From the NCBI RefSeq assembly GCF_011045215.1, contig NZ_CP049201.1: a stretch of DNA of 64,000 nucleotides; one strand, written 5' to 3'. Position numbers and translations under genes: made by a program. The notes under the pieces are model-generated. The model was not told the origin of the DNA. It made no database searches and worked only from the letters and a program-made list of their open reading frames with translations. This document shows, piece by piece, positions 13,041-24,984 of the stretch (position 1 is the first letter of the stretch; each line of letters opens with the position of its first letter). This stretch comes from Escherichia coli (GTDB taxonomy: Bacteria > Pseudomonadota > Gammaproteobacteria > Enterobacterales > Enterobacteriaceae).

Positions 13041-13940
13041 TTACGCAGAGAAAAAGGCGATGAGGATCGGCACTAACAGGCTAAGAATAAAACCGTGAAC
13101 AATTGCCGCCGGGACCATATCCAGCCCGCCAGTACGTTGAAGAACGGGCAGGGTGAAATCCATTGATGTGGCACCGCATAAGCCCAGTGCAGTAGAGCGG
13201 CTGCGGCGAATCAGCCCAGGGATCAACATAATAGCAATCAGTTCACGGGCCAGATCATTAAAAAACGCCGCGCTCCCGATTACCGGGCCAAAAGATTCGG
13301 TCAATAAAATACCGGAAAGAGAATACCAGCCGAAACCGGAGGCCATTGCCAGCGCGGTATTGATGGGGAGATCAAGAATAAAGGCGTTAATTAAACCACC
13401 AATTAATGAACTGGCAACCACCACCACGGCGACAATCATTCCCCGGCGATTAAGGACAATCTGCTTTAAGGTCATGCCATTATTGCGCAACTGAATACCG
13501 ACGAGGAAAAGTAGCAGAATTAACGTGTATTCGCTGGCTTCGGTCGCGTGTTGTAAGAAAGCCAGTCCACTCAGACCAATGGCAAAACCAATCACTACTA
13601 CGCCGCACAGTTTTAGCGACTCCAGCGCCATCGCAATACGCGACGGGAGTTTTTCTTGCTGATGGTGATTGCGCCATGGCAGGCCTCGCTCCAGCCACAT
13701 CAGGGCGGCAATATTACATAGTAAAATAACGGTAATACTGACAGCAGAATAATGCAGAATCGCCAACAGGTTACTGGCGAGGTTATCGAGAAACGCCAGA
13801 CTGATACCCATAAAAAAGAGAATAAGGTAAACCATCCAGCTTAATAGCTGATTAATAACTTTTAACGCAGCTTTTTGGCGAAGCGGAATGAGGTAACCCA
13901 CAATCAGGGGAACCAGAATGATTAACAGCCCAGAAAACAT
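13041..13940 (-). CDS. lysO: Lysine exporter LysO (YbjE)
   Basis: Polytopic membrane protein; internal start MFSGLLIILVPL (299 aa). Confidence 0.8.
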   Translation of the reverse strand: MFSGLLIILVPLIVGYLIPLRQKAALKVINQLLSWMVYLILFFMGISLAFLDNLASNLLAILHYSAVSITVILLCNIAALMWLERGLPWRNHHQQEKLPSRIAMALESLKLCGVVVIGFAIGLSGLAFLQHATEASEYTLILLLFLVGIQLRNNGMTLKQIVLNRRGMIVAVVVVASSLIGGLINAFILDLPINTALAMASGFGWYSLSGILLTESFGPVIGSAAFFNDLARELIAIMLIPGLIRRSRSTALGLCGATSMDFTLPVLQRTGGLDMVPAAIVHGFILSLLVPILIAFFSA

Positions 13941-14129
13941 GAAAACCCAGTCCTTGCAAAGATGAAGTCGAAATGCGCGATGACACACTACTGAAAGCGG
14001 AAGGACGAGTAAAGTTGCAATTAAAAGGAAATGTTATGCATAAGGAGCAGTAGAGTATTCGTTTTCATTTAAAGATATTCTTGCGCTTTAATTACAAACT
14101 GCACCGATGTTGGTGGCGTCAAAATCGCC

Positions 14130-14340
14130 GAGGCGTTCCCTGAAGGCCGGGGCAGCCCACATGGATGTGGGCTGAGGGCGCGTTTTACAGGGATGTTACC
14201 TCGCGCCCGATCCGGTAGCCGTAAGGGATAAGTCGAGGGCACCGCGCAGCGGCGATTTTGTTCGCCAGAGCCCGGGGGTGCAGGGGGCGGCGGCGATTGG
14301 CCGCCCCCTGCGCGCTCCTTGCGCCAGTGGCAATATGTGG
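14130..14340. repeat. GC-rich palindromic intergenic repeat block (REP-like)
   Basis: Stem-forming palindromes seen directly, e.g. gcagggggcggcggcgattggccgccccctgc and gcccacatggatgtgggc, in the lysO-aqpZ intergenic region. Confidence 0.4.
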
Positions 14341-14395
14341 CTTAGCTCATGAAAGGAGCGCAACAAGATGATGAATCAACATATAACAACATCTT

Positions 14396-14422
14396 AAAAA
14401 AAGGCCTGACATTACGCCAGGC
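14396..14422 (-). terminator. Rho-independent terminator downstream of aqpZ
   Basis: Hairpin ggcctgacattacgccaggcc followed on the minus strand by a T-run. Confidence 0.7.
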
Positions 14423-14434
14423 CTTCTGCGTTAA

Positions 14435-15130
14435 TTAATTACGTTTTTCCAGCAGAGTCCGGTAAATCAGACCACCGATAATGCCGCCGACAATTGGCAC
14501 CACCCAGAAGAACCACAGTTGTTCTAATGCCCAGCCGCCCTGGAAGATAGCAACCGCGGTGCTGCGCGCCGGGTTAACAGAAGTGTTAGTCACCGGAATA
14601 CTGATTAAGTGAATCAGGGTTAAGGCCAGACCAATAGCGATCGGCGCAAAACCTGCCGGAGCGAATTTGTCGGTTGCACCGTGGATCACTAACAGGAAGC
14701 CCGCACTCAATACCAGTTCAACTACCAGCGCGGAAAGCATGGAATAACCGCCTGGTGAATGCTCGCCATAACCGTTAGAAGCAAAACCGCTGGCTGCCGC
14801 GTCAAAACCCGTTTTACCACTGGCAATTAAATACAGCAGCGCTGCCGCAACAATACCGCCGACAACCTGGGCAATTACGTAGCCAACGACTTCTTTTGCC
14901 GGAAAACGTCCGCCAGCCCATAAACCAATAGTGACCGCCGGGTTAAAATGACCACCAGAAATATGACCAACAGCAAAGGCCATCGTCAGAACGGTCAGAC
15001 CGAACGCCAACGCCACGCCGGCAAAACCAATGCCTAATTCCGGGAAGCCTGCGGCCAGAACAGCACTACCACAGCCACCAAAAACAAGCCAGAAAGTACC
15101 AAAACATTCAGCTGCTAATTTTCTGAACAT
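14435..15130 (-). CDS. aqpZ: Aquaporin Z
   Basis: MIP-family channel with two NPA-type motifs ([16 protein letters not shown]); 231 aa from the internal Met. Confidence 0.9.
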   Translation of the reverse strand: MFRKLAAECFGTFWLVFGGCGSAVLAAGFPELGIGFAGVALAFGLTVLTMAFAVGHISGGHFNPAVTIGLWAGGRFPAKEVVGYVIAQVVGGIVAAALLYLIASGKTGFDAAASGFASNGYGEHSPGGYSMLSALVVELVLSAGFLLVIHGATDKFAPAGFAPIAIGLALTLIHLISIPVTNTSVNPARSTAVAIFQGGWALEQLWFFWVVPIVGGIIGGLIYRTLLEKRN

Positions 15131-15555
15131 ATCCACCTCAATTAAAAATTGACCCTGTGAAAAATATGGTCGTTTTATAGGGTCGTCGTAAAAAAGTGAC
15201 GACGGAAATAATGCGCGGCTATTTTAAAAACGAAGGCGAGTCATTCACCAGATAAATAAATCCAGTAAATTTGATTTAGGGCAACAGCGGGTTGCCCCAT
15301 ATAGTCATTTGTCTGATTGACAGTGTAGTGCAAGCAAAAGATTTAATCCTTTAGGCGTAATAAAAAATAATTTATCATGCTAATTATTTGATTTTGTTGT
15401 TTTTGCAGACTTATCAGCAAGAGGGAGTATAACGCGATTATTCGCTCATTTTTCAGACATTTGCCATGCTTAAATGTGATGTCATCACGTATTAGCAAGG
15501 CCTTTCCCGTTATACTGCCAGCGTAAAGGATAAGTCACATATTTCTGGAGGGGAT

Positions 15556-17214
15556 ATGATTCTTGAGCGCGTTGAAATTGTGGGTTTTCGCGGTATCAAC
15601 CGTTTGTCGTTGATGCTGGAACAAAACAACGTCCTGATTGGGGAGAACGCGTGGGGTAAATCCAGCTTGCTGGACGCCTTAACCCTGCTGCTATCGCCAG
15701 AATCAGATCTCTACCATTTTGAGCGCGACGATTTCTGGTTCCCGCCGGGAGATATCAACGGGCGAGAACATCATCTGCATATTATTTTGACCTTCCGCGA
15801 ATCGCTGCCAGGCCGACATCGGGTTCGCCGTTATCGGCCGCTGGAAGCGTGCTGGACGCCATGCACCGATGGCTATCACCGTATTTTTTATCGTCTGGAA
15901 GGGGAGAGTGCGGAAGACGGCAGCGTGATGACACTGCGCAGTTTTCTCGATAAAGACGGACATCCGATTGATGTTGAGGATATTAACGATCAGGCACGCC
16001 ATCTGGTGCGTTTAATGCCGGTGCTGCGCTTGCGTGATGCCCGTTTTATGCGCCGTATTCGTAACGGCACGGTGCCAAATGTCCCCAATGTGGAAGTCAC
16101 CGCGCGCCAGCTCGATTTCCTCGCCCGTGAGTTGTCCTCACATCCGCAAAATCTCTCTGATGGACAGATTCGTCAGGGACTTTCCGCAATGGTGCAGTTG
16201 CTTGAGCATTATTTCTCTGAGCAGGGGGCTGGACAGGCGCGATATCGTTTAATGCGGCGGCGGGCCAGCAATGAGCAACGAAGCTGGCGCTATCTGGACA
16301 TCATCAACCGGATGATTGACCGACCTGGAGGGCGCTCGTATCGGGTTATTTTGCTCGGCCTGTTTGCTACTTTATTGCAGGCAAAAGGCACATTGCGACT
16401 GGATAAAGACGCCCGTCCATTGTTGCTGATCGAAGATCCAGAAACGCGTTTACACCCCATTATGCTTTCAGTTGCCTGGCATCTGTTGAATCTTTTGCCT
16501 TTACAACGTATTGCTACCACCAACTCTGGCGAGCTGCTTTCGTTAACTCCAGTGGAACATGTTTGCCGCCTGGTGCGTGAATCTTCTCGTGTTGCCGCCT
16601 GGCGTCTGGGGCCTAGTGGCTTGAGCACCGAAGACAGCCGCCGCATCTCTTTTCACATTCGTTTTAATCGTCCGTCATCGCTGTTTGCTCGCTGCTGGTT
16701 GCTGGTGGAAGGGGAAACGGAAACCTGGGTTATCAATGAACTGGCGCGTCAGTGCGGACATCATTTTGATGCCGAAGGAATCAAGGTCATTGAGTTTGCC
16801 CAGTCCGGGCTAAAGCCACTGGTTAAATTTGCCCGGCGAATGGGGATTGAATGGCATGTACTGGTCGATGGAGATGAAGCAGGAAAGAAATATGCCGCTA
16901 CGGTACGCAGCCTGTTGAATAATGATCGGGAAGCCGAACGAGAACATTTAACGGCGTTACCGGCGCTGGATATGGAACATTTTATGTATCGCCAGGGATT
17001 TTCCGATGTGTTCCACCGCGTGGCGCAAATCCCGGAAAATGTCCCAATGAATCTGCGCAAAATTATCTCGAAAGCGATCCATCGCTCTTCCAAACCCGAT
17101 CTTGCCATTGAAGTGGCAATGGAGGCCGGACGTCGTGGTGTGGACTCCGTACCGACGCTGCTGAAAAAAATGTTCTCACGCGTGCTGTGGCTGGCGCGCG
17201 GTCGCGCGGATTAA
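15556..17214 (+). CDS. ybjD: OLD-family ATP-dependent endonuclease-like protein YbjD
   Basis: 552-aa ORF; N-terminal P-loop-like GENAWGKSSLLDAL, then acidic DxD-rich C-terminal (TOPRIM-like) region. Confidence 0.8.
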   Translation: MILERVEIVGFRGINRLSLMLEQNNVLIGENAWGKSSLLDALTLLLSPESDLYHFERDDFWFPPGDINGREHHLHIILTFRESLPGRHRVRRYRPLEACWTPCTDGYHRIFYRLEGESAEDGSVMTLRSFLDKDGHPIDVEDINDQARHLVRLMPVLRLRDARFMRRIRNGTVPNVPNVEVTARQLDFLARELSSHPQNLSDGQIRQGLSAMVQLLEHYFSEQGAGQARYRLMRRRASNEQRSWRYLDIINRMIDRPGGRSYRVILLGLFATLLQAKGTLRLDKDARPLLLIEDPETRLHPIMLSVAWHLLNLLPLQRIATTNSGELLSLTPVEHVCRLVRESSRVAAWRLGPSGLSTEDSRRISFHIRFNRPSSLFARCWLLVEGETETWVINELARQCGHHFDAEGIKVIEFAQSGLKPLVKFARRMGIEWHVLVDGDEAGKKYAATVRSLLNNDREAEREHLTALPALDMEHFMYRQGFSDVFHRVAQIPENVPMNLRKIISKAIHRSSKPDLAIEVAMEAGRRGVDSVPTLLKKMFSRVLWLARGRAD

Positions 17215-18203
17215 CCGCGAAACATCGTGGCCATTTGTGGCTGAATAGCGTCGAGCATCTCATAGCGCCGACGGTATTCAGCCCGTTTTTTACTGGCGAT
17301 TTCGGCAATCTCTTTTCGTGCTATCTGTGCTGGAAGGCGGTAATGGCGTTCAGCATCACATACGCCGCCAACCGATTCCCAGAAAGCGTTGTAATCGGCA
17401 TGGATCTTGCCTTCTTTATCGCGATAACGCAGGCTGCGGTAAATATGCGTTTCATTGCTGACGGCAATAATCTGCTCTACCTGCAAACGTTGGGCAAACA
17501 GACAGGCCGCTTCCATCACGAGGCGTTTGGGAAATAGCCCGTGGCAGGCTTTCGTCGCATTCTGGATTTCCTGATGTGGAATTTCCCATTTTGCGCCTTG
17601 CAGTCCACCAATAAACATCGTTCTTTTCCCCTGATATTCACACAGGGTAAACGTGATTTCTGCCAGAGGAATACCTTCGCTGTTGCGGAACAGGATTGTG
17701 CTATCACCTTCTTTATCCATTGAGATCATCATGGTCAGCTCAAGCGTGAACTGCTCGCCGTTTTTGCCTTCCAGCTTCGCCAGTTGCAGCCCGGGGGTAT
17801 TCAAATATAAGCTGAATTCTTCCGCCGACATACACCCGCGGAGTAACGCATAATGGTAACGTAACGCCTCCAGCAATTGCTTACGGCTAAGATTCGCCGC
17901 AAGGTAAGGGCGATGCAGACGTACAGGCAGTCGCGGCTGGCGCGTTAACAACACATTGAGATTAGGCCAGTGTGAAAGTTCGTTCATCCACTCAACGCTT
18001 AAACGCGGCATAATCAACGAGCGCAGCAAAAATTTCTGGCGAAAACTACGGCGATGCCAGAATTTACCCGGCCGACACTGTCCACGTGCCAGACTAAGAA
18101 AAAGTGACAGGCTGCTGAGAGATTCAGATGGCGTAAAGGTCCGTTCAGTTAGCTGCGACATATTCATGAAATCAATGGTTATACATGACGTCGATTTCAC
18201 CAT
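17211..18203 (-). CDS. ybjX: VirK/YbjX family (DUF535) protein
   Basis: 330-aa ORF; 3' end overlaps ybjD convergently by 4 nt. Confidence 0.8.
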   Translation of the reverse strand: MVKSTSCITIDFMNMSQLTERTFTPSESLSSLSLFLSLARGQCRPGKFWHRRSFRQKFLLRSLIMPRLSVEWMNELSHWPNLNVLLTRQPRLPVRLHRPYLAANLSRKQLLEALRYHYALLRGCMSAEEFSLYLNTPGLQLAKLEGKNGEQFTLELTMMISMDKEGDSTILFRNSEGIPLAEITFTLCEYQGKRTMFIGGLQGAKWEIPHQEIQNATKACHGLFPKRLVMEAACLFAQRLQVEQIIAVSNETHIYRSLRYRDKEGKIHADYNAFWESVGGVCDAERHYRLPAQIARKEIAEIASKKRAEYRRRYEMLDAIQPQMATMFRG

Positions 18204-18317
18204 TGCGTATCTTAACCAAACATCAATAGTGCGATTACTAACGTAAATTTTAGGGTTTTGTTGATATTTCGTTGAAGTTAATGACCCGGATTGGCATATG
18301 GAGTATTCAGAATATTT

Positions 18318-19433
18318 ATGAAAAAGCGGAAAACCGTGAAGAAGCGTTACGTTATTGCGCTGGTGATAGTCATCGCCGGACTGATTACGTTATGGAGAAT
18401 TCTTAACGCACCCGTGCCGACTTATCAGACACTGATTGTGCGCCCCGGTGATTTACAGCAAAGCGTGCTGGCGACCGGAAAGCTGGACGCGCTGCGTAAG
18501 GTTGATGTGGGCGCGCAGGTCAGCGGTCAGTTGAAAACGCTGTCGGTGGCGATTGGCGATAAAGTAAAAAAAGACCAGCTTTTAGGGGTCATTGATCCTG
18601 AACAGGCTGAAAACCAGATCAAGGAGGTCGAAGCAACGCTGATGGAGCTACGCGCGCAGCGGCAGCAGGCGGAAGCGGAGCTGAAACTGGCGCGGGTGAC
18701 GTATTCCCGTCAGCAACGTCTGGCACAAACGCAGGCGGTTTCACAGCAGGATCTCGACACCGCCGCGACGGAGATGGCTGTGAAACAGGCGCAAATTGGC
18801 ACCATTGACGCGCAAATCAAGCGCAATCAGGCTTCTCTCGATACGGCTAAAACCAATCTCGATTACACTCGCATCGTTGCCCCGATGGCCGGGGAAGTCA
18901 CGCAAATCACCACTCTGCAAGGCCAGACGGTGATTGCCGCACAACAAGCACCGAACATTCTGACGCTGGCAGATATGAGCACCATGCTGGTAAAAGCGCA
19001 GGTTTCTGAAGCGGATGTAATCCACCTGAAGCCGGGGCAAAAAGCCTGGTTTACGGTGCTTGGCGATCCACTGACGCGCTACGAGGGGCAAATCAAGGAT
19101 GTGCTACCGACGCCGGAAAAGGTTAACGACGCCATTTTCTATTACGCCCGTTTTGAAGTACCCAACCCCAATGGTTTGCTGCGGCTGGATATGACTGCGC
19201 AAGTGCATATTCAGCTCACCGATGTGAAAAATGTGCTGACGATCCCTCTGTCGGCGTTAGGCGATCCGGTTGGCGATAATCGTTATAAAGTCAAATTGTT
19301 GCGTAATGGTGAAACACGCGAGCGTGAAGTGACGATTGGCGCACGTAACGATACCGATGTTGAGATTGTCAAAGGGCTGGAAGCGGGCGATGAAGTGGTG
19401 ATTGGTGAGGCCAAACCAGGAGCTGCACAATGA
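18318..19433 (+). CDS. macA: Macrolide export membrane fusion protein MacA
   Basis: Periplasmic adaptor protein with coiled-coil; internal start MKKRKTVKK (371 aa). Confidence 0.88.
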   Translation: MKKRKTVKKRYVIALVIVIAGLITLWRILNAPVPTYQTLIVRPGDLQQSVLATGKLDALRKVDVGAQVSGQLKTLSVAIGDKVKKDQLLGVIDPEQAENQIKEVEATLMELRAQRQQAEAELKLARVTYSRQQRLAQTQAVSQQDLDTAATEMAVKQAQIGTIDAQIKRNQASLDTAKTNLDYTRIVAPMAGEVTQITTLQGQTVIAAQQAPNILTLADMSTMLVKAQVSEADVIHLKPGQKAWFTVLGDPLTRYEGQIKDVLPTPEKVNDAIFYYARFEVPNPNGLLRLDMTAQVHIQLTDVKNVLTIPLSALGDPVGDNRYKVKLLRNGETREREVTIGARNDTDVEIVKGLEAGDEVVIGEAKPGAAQ

Positions 19434-21376
19434 CGCCTTTGCTCGAATTAAAGGATATTCGTCGCAGCTATCCTGCCGGTGATGAGCAGGTTGAGGTGCT
19501 GAAGGGCATCACCCTCGATATTTATGCTGGTGAGATGGTGGCGATTGTTGGCGCTTCGGGTTCCGGTAAATCGACCCTGATGAATATTCTCGGCTGTCTG
19601 GATAAGGCCACCAGCGGCACCTATCGCGTCGCCGGTCAGGATGTTGCCACACTGGACGCCGATGCGCTGGCGCAACTGCGCCGCGAGCATTTCGGCTTTA
19701 TTTTCCAGCGTTACCATTTGCTTTCGCATTTAACCGCCGAGCAGAACGTTGAAGTACCCGCCGTCTATGCCGGTCTTGAGCGGAAACAGCGGCTGCTTCG
19801 CGCCCAGGAGTTGCTGCAACGGCTGGGGCTGGAAGACCGTACAGAGTATTATCCGGCACAGCTTTCGGGCGGTCAGCAACAGCGCGTCAGCATCGCGCGG
19901 GCATTGATGAACGGCGGTCAGGTAATTCTTGCCGATGAACCAACCGGCGCACTGGACAGCCATTCTGGCGAAGAGGTGATGGCGATCCTGCATCAGCTGC
20001 GCGATCGCGGACATACGGTGATTATCGTCACCCACGATCCGCAGGTCGCTGCTCAGGCCGAGCGGGTGATCGAAATTCGCGACGGCGAAATTGTGCGCAA
20101 TCCTCCCGCCATTGAAAAAGTGAATGTTGCTGGCCGGACGGAACCTGTTGTCAACACGGTGTCTGGCTGGCGGCAGTTTGTCAGCGGTTTTAACGAGGCG
20201 CTAACGATGGCGTGGCGGGCGTTGGCAGCGAATAAAATGCGTACTTTACTAACCATGCTGGGGATTATAATCGGTATTGCGTCGGTGGTTTCCATTGTCG
20301 TGGTGGGCGACGCCGCCAAACAAATGGTGCTGGCGGATATTCGTTCTATTGGTACGAATACTATTGATGTCTATCCCGGGAAAGATTTTGGCGATGACGA
20401 TCCGCAATATCAGCAGGCGCTGAAGTACGATGACTTAATCGCCATCCAAAAACAACCGTGGGTCGCCTCAGCCACACCTGCCGTCTCGCAAAACCTGCGC
20501 CTGCGTTATAACAATGTTGATGTTGCTGCCAGTGCCAATGGCGTGAGCGGCGATTATTTTAATGTCTATGGCATGACCTTCAGTGAAGGGAACACCTTTA
20601 ATCAGGAGCAGCTGAACGGTCGTGCGCAGGTCGTGGTTCTCGACAGTAATACTCGCCGCCAGCTTTTCCCCCATAAAGCAGATGTGGTTGGCGAGGTGAT
20701 TCTGGTCGGCAATATGCCCGCCAGAGTCATTGGTGTGGCGGAAGAAAAACAGTCGATGTTTGGTAGCAGTAAAGTGCTGCGTGTCTGGCTACCTTACAGC
20801 ACGATGTCCGGGCGAGTTATGGGCCAGTCGTGGCTTAACTCCATTACTGTCAGGGTGAAAGAAGGATTTGACAGCGCCGAGGCGGAACAGCAACTCACGC
20901 GTTTACTTTCACTGCGCCACGGAAAGAAGGATTTCTTTACCTGGAACATGGACGGCGTCTTGAAAACTGTTGAAAAGACCACACGTACTTTACAACTGTT
21001 TCTGACGCTGGTGGCGGTGATTTCGCTGGTGGTGGGCGGTATTGGTGTAATGAATATTATGCTGGTGTCAGTGACCGAGCGGACGCGGGAAATTGGCATT
21101 CGCATGGCTGTAGGTGCGCGAGCAAGCGATGTTTTGCAACAGTTCCTGATCGAAGCCGTACTGGTTTGCCTGGTCGGTGGCGCGTTGGGAATAACACTGT
21201 CACTGTTAATTGCTTTCACCTTGCAGCTTTTCTTACCCGGCTGGGAGATTGGTTTTTCACCGTTGGCGCTGCTGCTGGCGTTTCTCTGCTCGACGGTCAC
21301 CGGGATTTTATTTGGCTGGTTACCCGCACGAAATGCGGCACGACTGGATCCAGTAGATGCTCTGGCACGAGAGTAA
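19430..21376 (+). CDS. macB: Macrolide export ABC transporter ATP-binding/permease MacB
   Basis: Walker [10 protein letters not shown], signature [15 protein letters not shown]-terminal FtsX-like permease; 648 aa. Confidence 0.92.
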   Translation: MTPLLELKDIRRSYPAGDEQVEVLKGITLDIYAGEMVAIVGASGSGKSTLMNILGCLDKATSGTYRVAGQDVATLDADALAQLRREHFGFIFQRYHLLSHLTAEQNVEVPAVYAGLERKQRLLRAQELLQRLGLEDRTEYYPAQLSGGQQQRVSIARALMNGGQVILADEPTGALDSHSGEEVMAILHQLRDRGHTVIIVTHDPQVAAQAERVIEIRDGEIVRNPPAIEKVNVAGRTEPVVNTVSGWRQFVSGFNEALTMAWRALAANKMRTLLTMLGIIIGIASVVSIVVVGDAAKQMVLADIRSIGTNTIDVYPGKDFGDDDPQYQQALKYDDLIAIQKQPWVASATPAVSQNLRLRYNNVDVAASANGVSGDYFNVYGMTFSEGNTFNQEQLNGRAQVVVLDSNTRRQLFPHKADVVGEVILVGNMPARVIGVAEEKQSMFGSSKVLRVWLPYSTMSGRVMGQSWLNSITVRVKEGFDSAEAEQQLTRLLSLRHGKKDFFTWNMDGVLKTVEKTTRTLQLFLTLVAVISLVVGGIGVMNIMLVSVTERTREIGIRMAVGARASDVLQQFLIEAVLVCLVGGALGITLSLLIAFTLQLFLPGWEIGFSPLALLLAFLCSTVTGILFGWLPARNAARLDPVDALARE

Positions 21377-21390
21377 TTTTTGAGATAAAA

Positions 21391-21417
21391 ATGCCAGCCG
21401 ATCGGGCTGGCATTTTG
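21391..21417. terminator. Bidirectional rho-independent terminator between macB and cspD
   Basis: Hairpin atgccagccgatcgggctggcat flanked by a T-run on each strand. Confidence 0.7.
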
Positions 21418-21448
21418 CCTTTAGGATGTACACAATGAGACAGAAGAG

Positions 21449-21673
21449 CTATGCGACTGCCGCTTCTACTTCGACGGGCACAATAACACTGGCGTGATTG
21501 CCTTTTGGCCCCTGGTGGACATCAAACTGAACGGATTGTCCAGCTTTTAGCGTTCTGTAACCATCCATCTGAATGGTGGAATAATGAGCGAAAATATCTT
21601 CGCCGCCGCCTTCAGGGCAGATGAAACCAAACCCTTTGGCATTGTTGAACCACTTAACAGTACCCTTTTCCAT
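21449..21673 (-). CDS. cspD: Cold-shock-domain protein CspD
   Basis: 74-aa CSD protein MEKGTVKWFNNAKGFGFI. Confidence 0.88.
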   Translation of the reverse strand: MEKGTVKWFNNAKGFGFICPEGGGEDIFAHYSTIQMDGYRTLKAGQSVQFDVHQGPKGNHASVIVPVEVEAAVA

Positions 21674-21995
21674 GCTTCGACATCCTTCGCAAATCTTATA
21701 CAAGTAAGATGGAATAAACCGGGGTCAGAGAGGGGGCTGTTCAAAACCTCGCCAACTCTAGAAATACAATTTAGAGAATTAGGGCGAGCCGTCAAGCATT
21801 TGACAGGGGACAAGGGGCAGGTATGAATCAAAAATTTGAAGCAGTTAACGCTATTGACAGGAATGTGACAGATGTCGCTGATGCCAACGATAGATGATAG
21901 TTATCTATCATGTGGAGTAGATTGGTCAGGCAAATAAGCTCTTGTCAGCGGCAGGGCGTTCTGCCGATAACCGTAACCGAAGATGATAACTGACA

Positions 21996-22316
21996 ATGGG
22001 TAAAACGAACGACTGGCTGGACTTTGATCAACTGGCGGAAGAAAAAGTTCGCGACGCGCTAAAACCGCCATCTATGTATAAAGTGATATTAGTCAATGAT
22101 GATTACACTCCGATGGAGTTTGTTATTGACGTGTTACAAAAATTCTTTTCTTATGATGTAGAACGTGCAACGCAATTGATGCTCGCTGTTCACTACCAGG
22201 GGAAGGCCATTTGCGGAGTCTTTACCGCCGAGGTTGCAGAAACCAAAGTGGCGATGGTGAACAAGTACGCGAGGGAGAATGAGCATCCATTGCTGTGTAC
22301 GCTAGAAAAAGCCTGA
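21996..22316 (+). CDS. clpS: ClpS adaptor protein
   Basis: 106-aa [20 protein letters not shown] immediately upstream of clpA. Confidence 0.9.
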
Positions 22317-22346
22317 ATGCAGGCATAAAAATTGGGGGAGGTGCCT

Positions 22347-24623
22347 ATGCTCAATCAAGAACTGGAACTCAGTTTAAATATGGCTTTCGCCAGAGCGCGC
22401 GAGCACCGTCATGAGTTTATGACCGTCGAGCACTTGTTACTGGCGCTGCTCAGTAACCCATCTGCCCGGGAGGCGCTGGAAGCGTGTTCTGTGGATTTGG
22501 TTGCGCTCCGTCAGGAACTGGAAGCCTTTATTGAACAAACCACACCCGTTCTGCCTGCCAGTGAAGAGGAGCGCGACACACAGCCGACGCTGAGTTTTCA
22601 GCGTGTACTGCAACGTGCGGTCTTCCATGTCCAGTCCTCCGGTCGCAATGAGGTTACCGGTGCAAACGTTCTGGTCGCTATCTTTAGCGAACAGGAGTCG
22701 CAGGCGGCATATCTGTTGCGTAAACATGAAGTCAGCCGTCTCGATGTGGTGAACTTTATCTCTCATGGCACGCGTAAAGACGAGCCGGCACAGTCTTCTG
22801 ATCCTGGCAGCCAGCCAAACAGCGAAGAACAAGCTGGTGGGGAGGAACGTATGGAGAATTTCACGACGAACCTGAATCAGCTTGCGCGCGTGGGCGGAAT
22901 CGACCCACTGATTGGTCGTGAGAAGGAGCTGGAGCGTGCTATTCAGGTTCTCTGCCGTCGCCGTAAAAACAACCCGCTGCTGGTGGGGGAATCTGGTGTC
23001 GGTAAAACCGCGATTGCAGAAGGTCTTGCCTGGCGAATTGTTCAGGGCGATGTGCCGGAAGTGATGGCTGACTGTACGATTTACTCTCTCGATATCGGTT
23101 CTCTGTTAGCGGGCACAAAATATCGCGGCGACTTTGAAAAACGTTTTAAAGCGTTGCTCAAGCAGCTGGAGCAGGACACTAACAGCATCCTGTTTATTGA
23201 TGAGATCCACACCATTATCGGTGCGGGTGCAGCGTCTGGTGGTCAGGTCGATGCGGCTAACCTAATCAAACCGTTGCTCTCCAGCGGTAAAATTCGCGTA
23301 ATTGGTTCGACAACCTATCAGGAGTTCAGCAACATTTTCGAGAAAGACCGTGCTCTGGCGCGTCGCTTCCAGAAAATTGATATTACTGAACCGTCGATCG
23401 AAGAAACTGTTCAAATCATCAATGGCCTGAAACCGAAGTATGAAGCGCACCACGACGTGCGTTATACCGCAAAAGCGGTGCGTGCGGCGGTAGAGCTGGC
23501 GGTGAAATACATTAACGATCGTCATCTGCCGGATAAAGCGATTGATGTTATCGACGAAGCGGGCGCTCGCGCACGCCTGATGCCGGTAAGCAAACGCAAG
23601 AAAACCGTAAATGTGGCGGATATTGAGTCCGTGGTGGCCCGTATTGCACGCATTCCAGAGAAGAGTGTTTCTCAGAGTGACCGCGATACCCTGAAAAACC
23701 TCGGCGATCGCCTGAAAATGCTGGTCTTCGGTCAGGATAAAGCTATTGAGGCGCTGACTGAAGCCATTAAGATGGCGCGTGCAGGTTTAGGTCACGAACA
23801 TAAACCGGTTGGTTCGTTCCTGTTTGCCGGCCCTACCGGGGTCGGGAAAACAGAGGTGACGGTACAGCTTTCGAAAGCTTTGGGCATTGAGCTTCTGCGC
23901 TTTGATATGTCCGAGTATATGGAACGCCATACCGTCAGCCGTCTGATTGGTGCGCCTCCGGGATACGTTGGTTTTGATCAGGGCGGTTTGCTGACTGATG
24001 CGGTCATCAAGCATCCACATGCGGTGCTGCTGCTGGACGAAATCGAGAAAGCGCACCCGGACGTGTTCAATATTCTGTTGCAGGTGATGGACAACGGTAC
24101 GCTGACCGATAACAACGGACGCAAAGCGGACTTCCGTAACGTGGTGCTGGTGATGACCACCAACGCCGGGGTACGTGAAACTGAGCGTAAATCCATTGGT
24201 CTTATCCACCAGGATAACAGCACCGATGCGATGGAAGAGATCAAGAAGATCTTTACACCGGAATTCCGTAACCGTCTCGACAACATTATCTGGTTCGATC
24301 ATCTGTCAACTGACGTGATCCATCAGGTGGTGGATAAATTCATCGTCGAGTTGCAGGTTCAGCTGGATCAGAAAGGTGTTTCTCTGGAAGTGAGCCAGGA
24401 AGCGCGTAACTGGCTGGCCGAGAAAGGTTACGACCGGGCAATGGGCGCACGTCCGATGGCGCGTGTCATCCAGGACAACCTGAAAAAACCGCTTGCCAAC
24501 GAACTGCTGTTTGGTTCGCTGGTGGACGGCGGTCAGGTCACCGTCGCGCTGGATAAAGAGAAAAATGAGCTGACTTACGGATTCCAGAGTGCACAAAAGC
24601 ACAAGGAGGAAGCAGCGCATTAA
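22347..24623 (+). CDS. clpA: ATP-dependent Clp protease ATP-binding subunit ClpA
   Basis: Two AAA+ modules (Walker A GESGVGKT and GPTGVGKT); 758 aa from [11 protein letters not shown]. Confidence 0.92.
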   Translation: MLNQELELSLNMAFARAREHRHEFMTVEHLLLALLSNPSAREALEACSVDLVALRQELEAFIEQTTPVLPASEEERDTQPTLSFQRVLQRAVFHVQSSGRNEVTGANVLVAIFSEQESQAAYLLRKHEVSRLDVVNFISHGTRKDEPAQSSDPGSQPNSEEQAGGEERMENFTTNLNQLARVGGIDPLIGREKELERAIQVLCRRRKNNPLLVGESGVGKTAIAEGLAWRIVQGDVPEVMADCTIYSLDIGSLLAGTKYRGDFEKRFKALLKQLEQDTNSILFIDEIHTIIGAGAASGGQVDAANLIKPLLSSGKIRVIGSTTYQEFSNIFEKDRALARRFQKIDITEPSIEETVQIINGLKPKYEAHHDVRYTAKAVRAAVELAVKYINDRHLPDKAIDVIDEAGARARLMPVSKRKKTVNVADIESVVARIARIPEKSVSQSDRDTLKNLGDRLKMLVFGQDKAIEALTEAIKMARAGLGHEHKPVGSFLFAGPTGVGKTEVTVQLSKALGIELLRFDMSEYMERHTVSRLIGAPPGYVGFDQGGLLTDAVIKHPHAVLLLDEIEKAHPDVFNILLQVMDNGTLTDNNGRKADFRNVVLVMTTNAGVRETERKSIGLIHQDNSTDAMEEIKKIFTPEFRNRLDNIIWFDHLSTDVIHQVVDKFIVELQVQLDQKGVSLEVSQEARNWLAEKGYDRAMGARPMARVIQDNLKKPLANELLFGSLVDGGQVTVALDKEKNELTYGFQSAQKHKEEAAH

Positions 24624-24647
24624 TCTGATTGTTAAGTAGGTTGGTGA

Positions 24648-24681
24648 AGTCCGTAATCTCGAAAGAGGTTACGGACTTTTT
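24648..24681 (+). terminator. Rho-independent terminator of clpA
   Basis: Hairpin agtccgtaa / ttacggact followed by TTTTT. Confidence 0.75.
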
Positions 24682-24836
24682 ATTTATGGGGTGGAGGAGG
24701 TTCAGACCCTTTTTTTGATGATGATGGTTAGTTGTTGATAATTAGTCCTGCTGGAAGGTAAGGATAAAAAAGGGTGGCAGCAGGAGAATGAGATGGTTTT
24801 GCTTTATTAACAACGGGCTAAACGTGTAGTATTTGA

Positions 24837-24984
24837 GTTCACTGCCGTACAGGCAGCTTAGAAAAATTGTCGGCGCATTTTCCCATTAGTTGCAAAGTTC
24901 ACTGCCGTACAGGCAGCTTAGAAATTCACAGGTAACATACTCCACCCGCCCACCATGTTCACTGCCGTACAGGTAGATAAAATG
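24837..24984 (+). CRISPR. Orphan type I-F-like CRISPR mini-array (3 repeats, 2 spacers)
   Basis: 28-bp repeat GTTCACTGCCGTACAGGCAGCTTAGAAA at 24837-24864 and 24897-24924; degenerate third copy at 24957-24984; two 32-bp spacers; AT-rich leader-like sequence upstream; no cas genes in window. Confidence 0.85.

Noticed and set aside
17187-17537. 116-aa plus-strand ORF overlapping the ybjX 3' region
   Set aside because: Antisense to the conserved ybjX gene and overlapping the ybjD stop; probably spurious.
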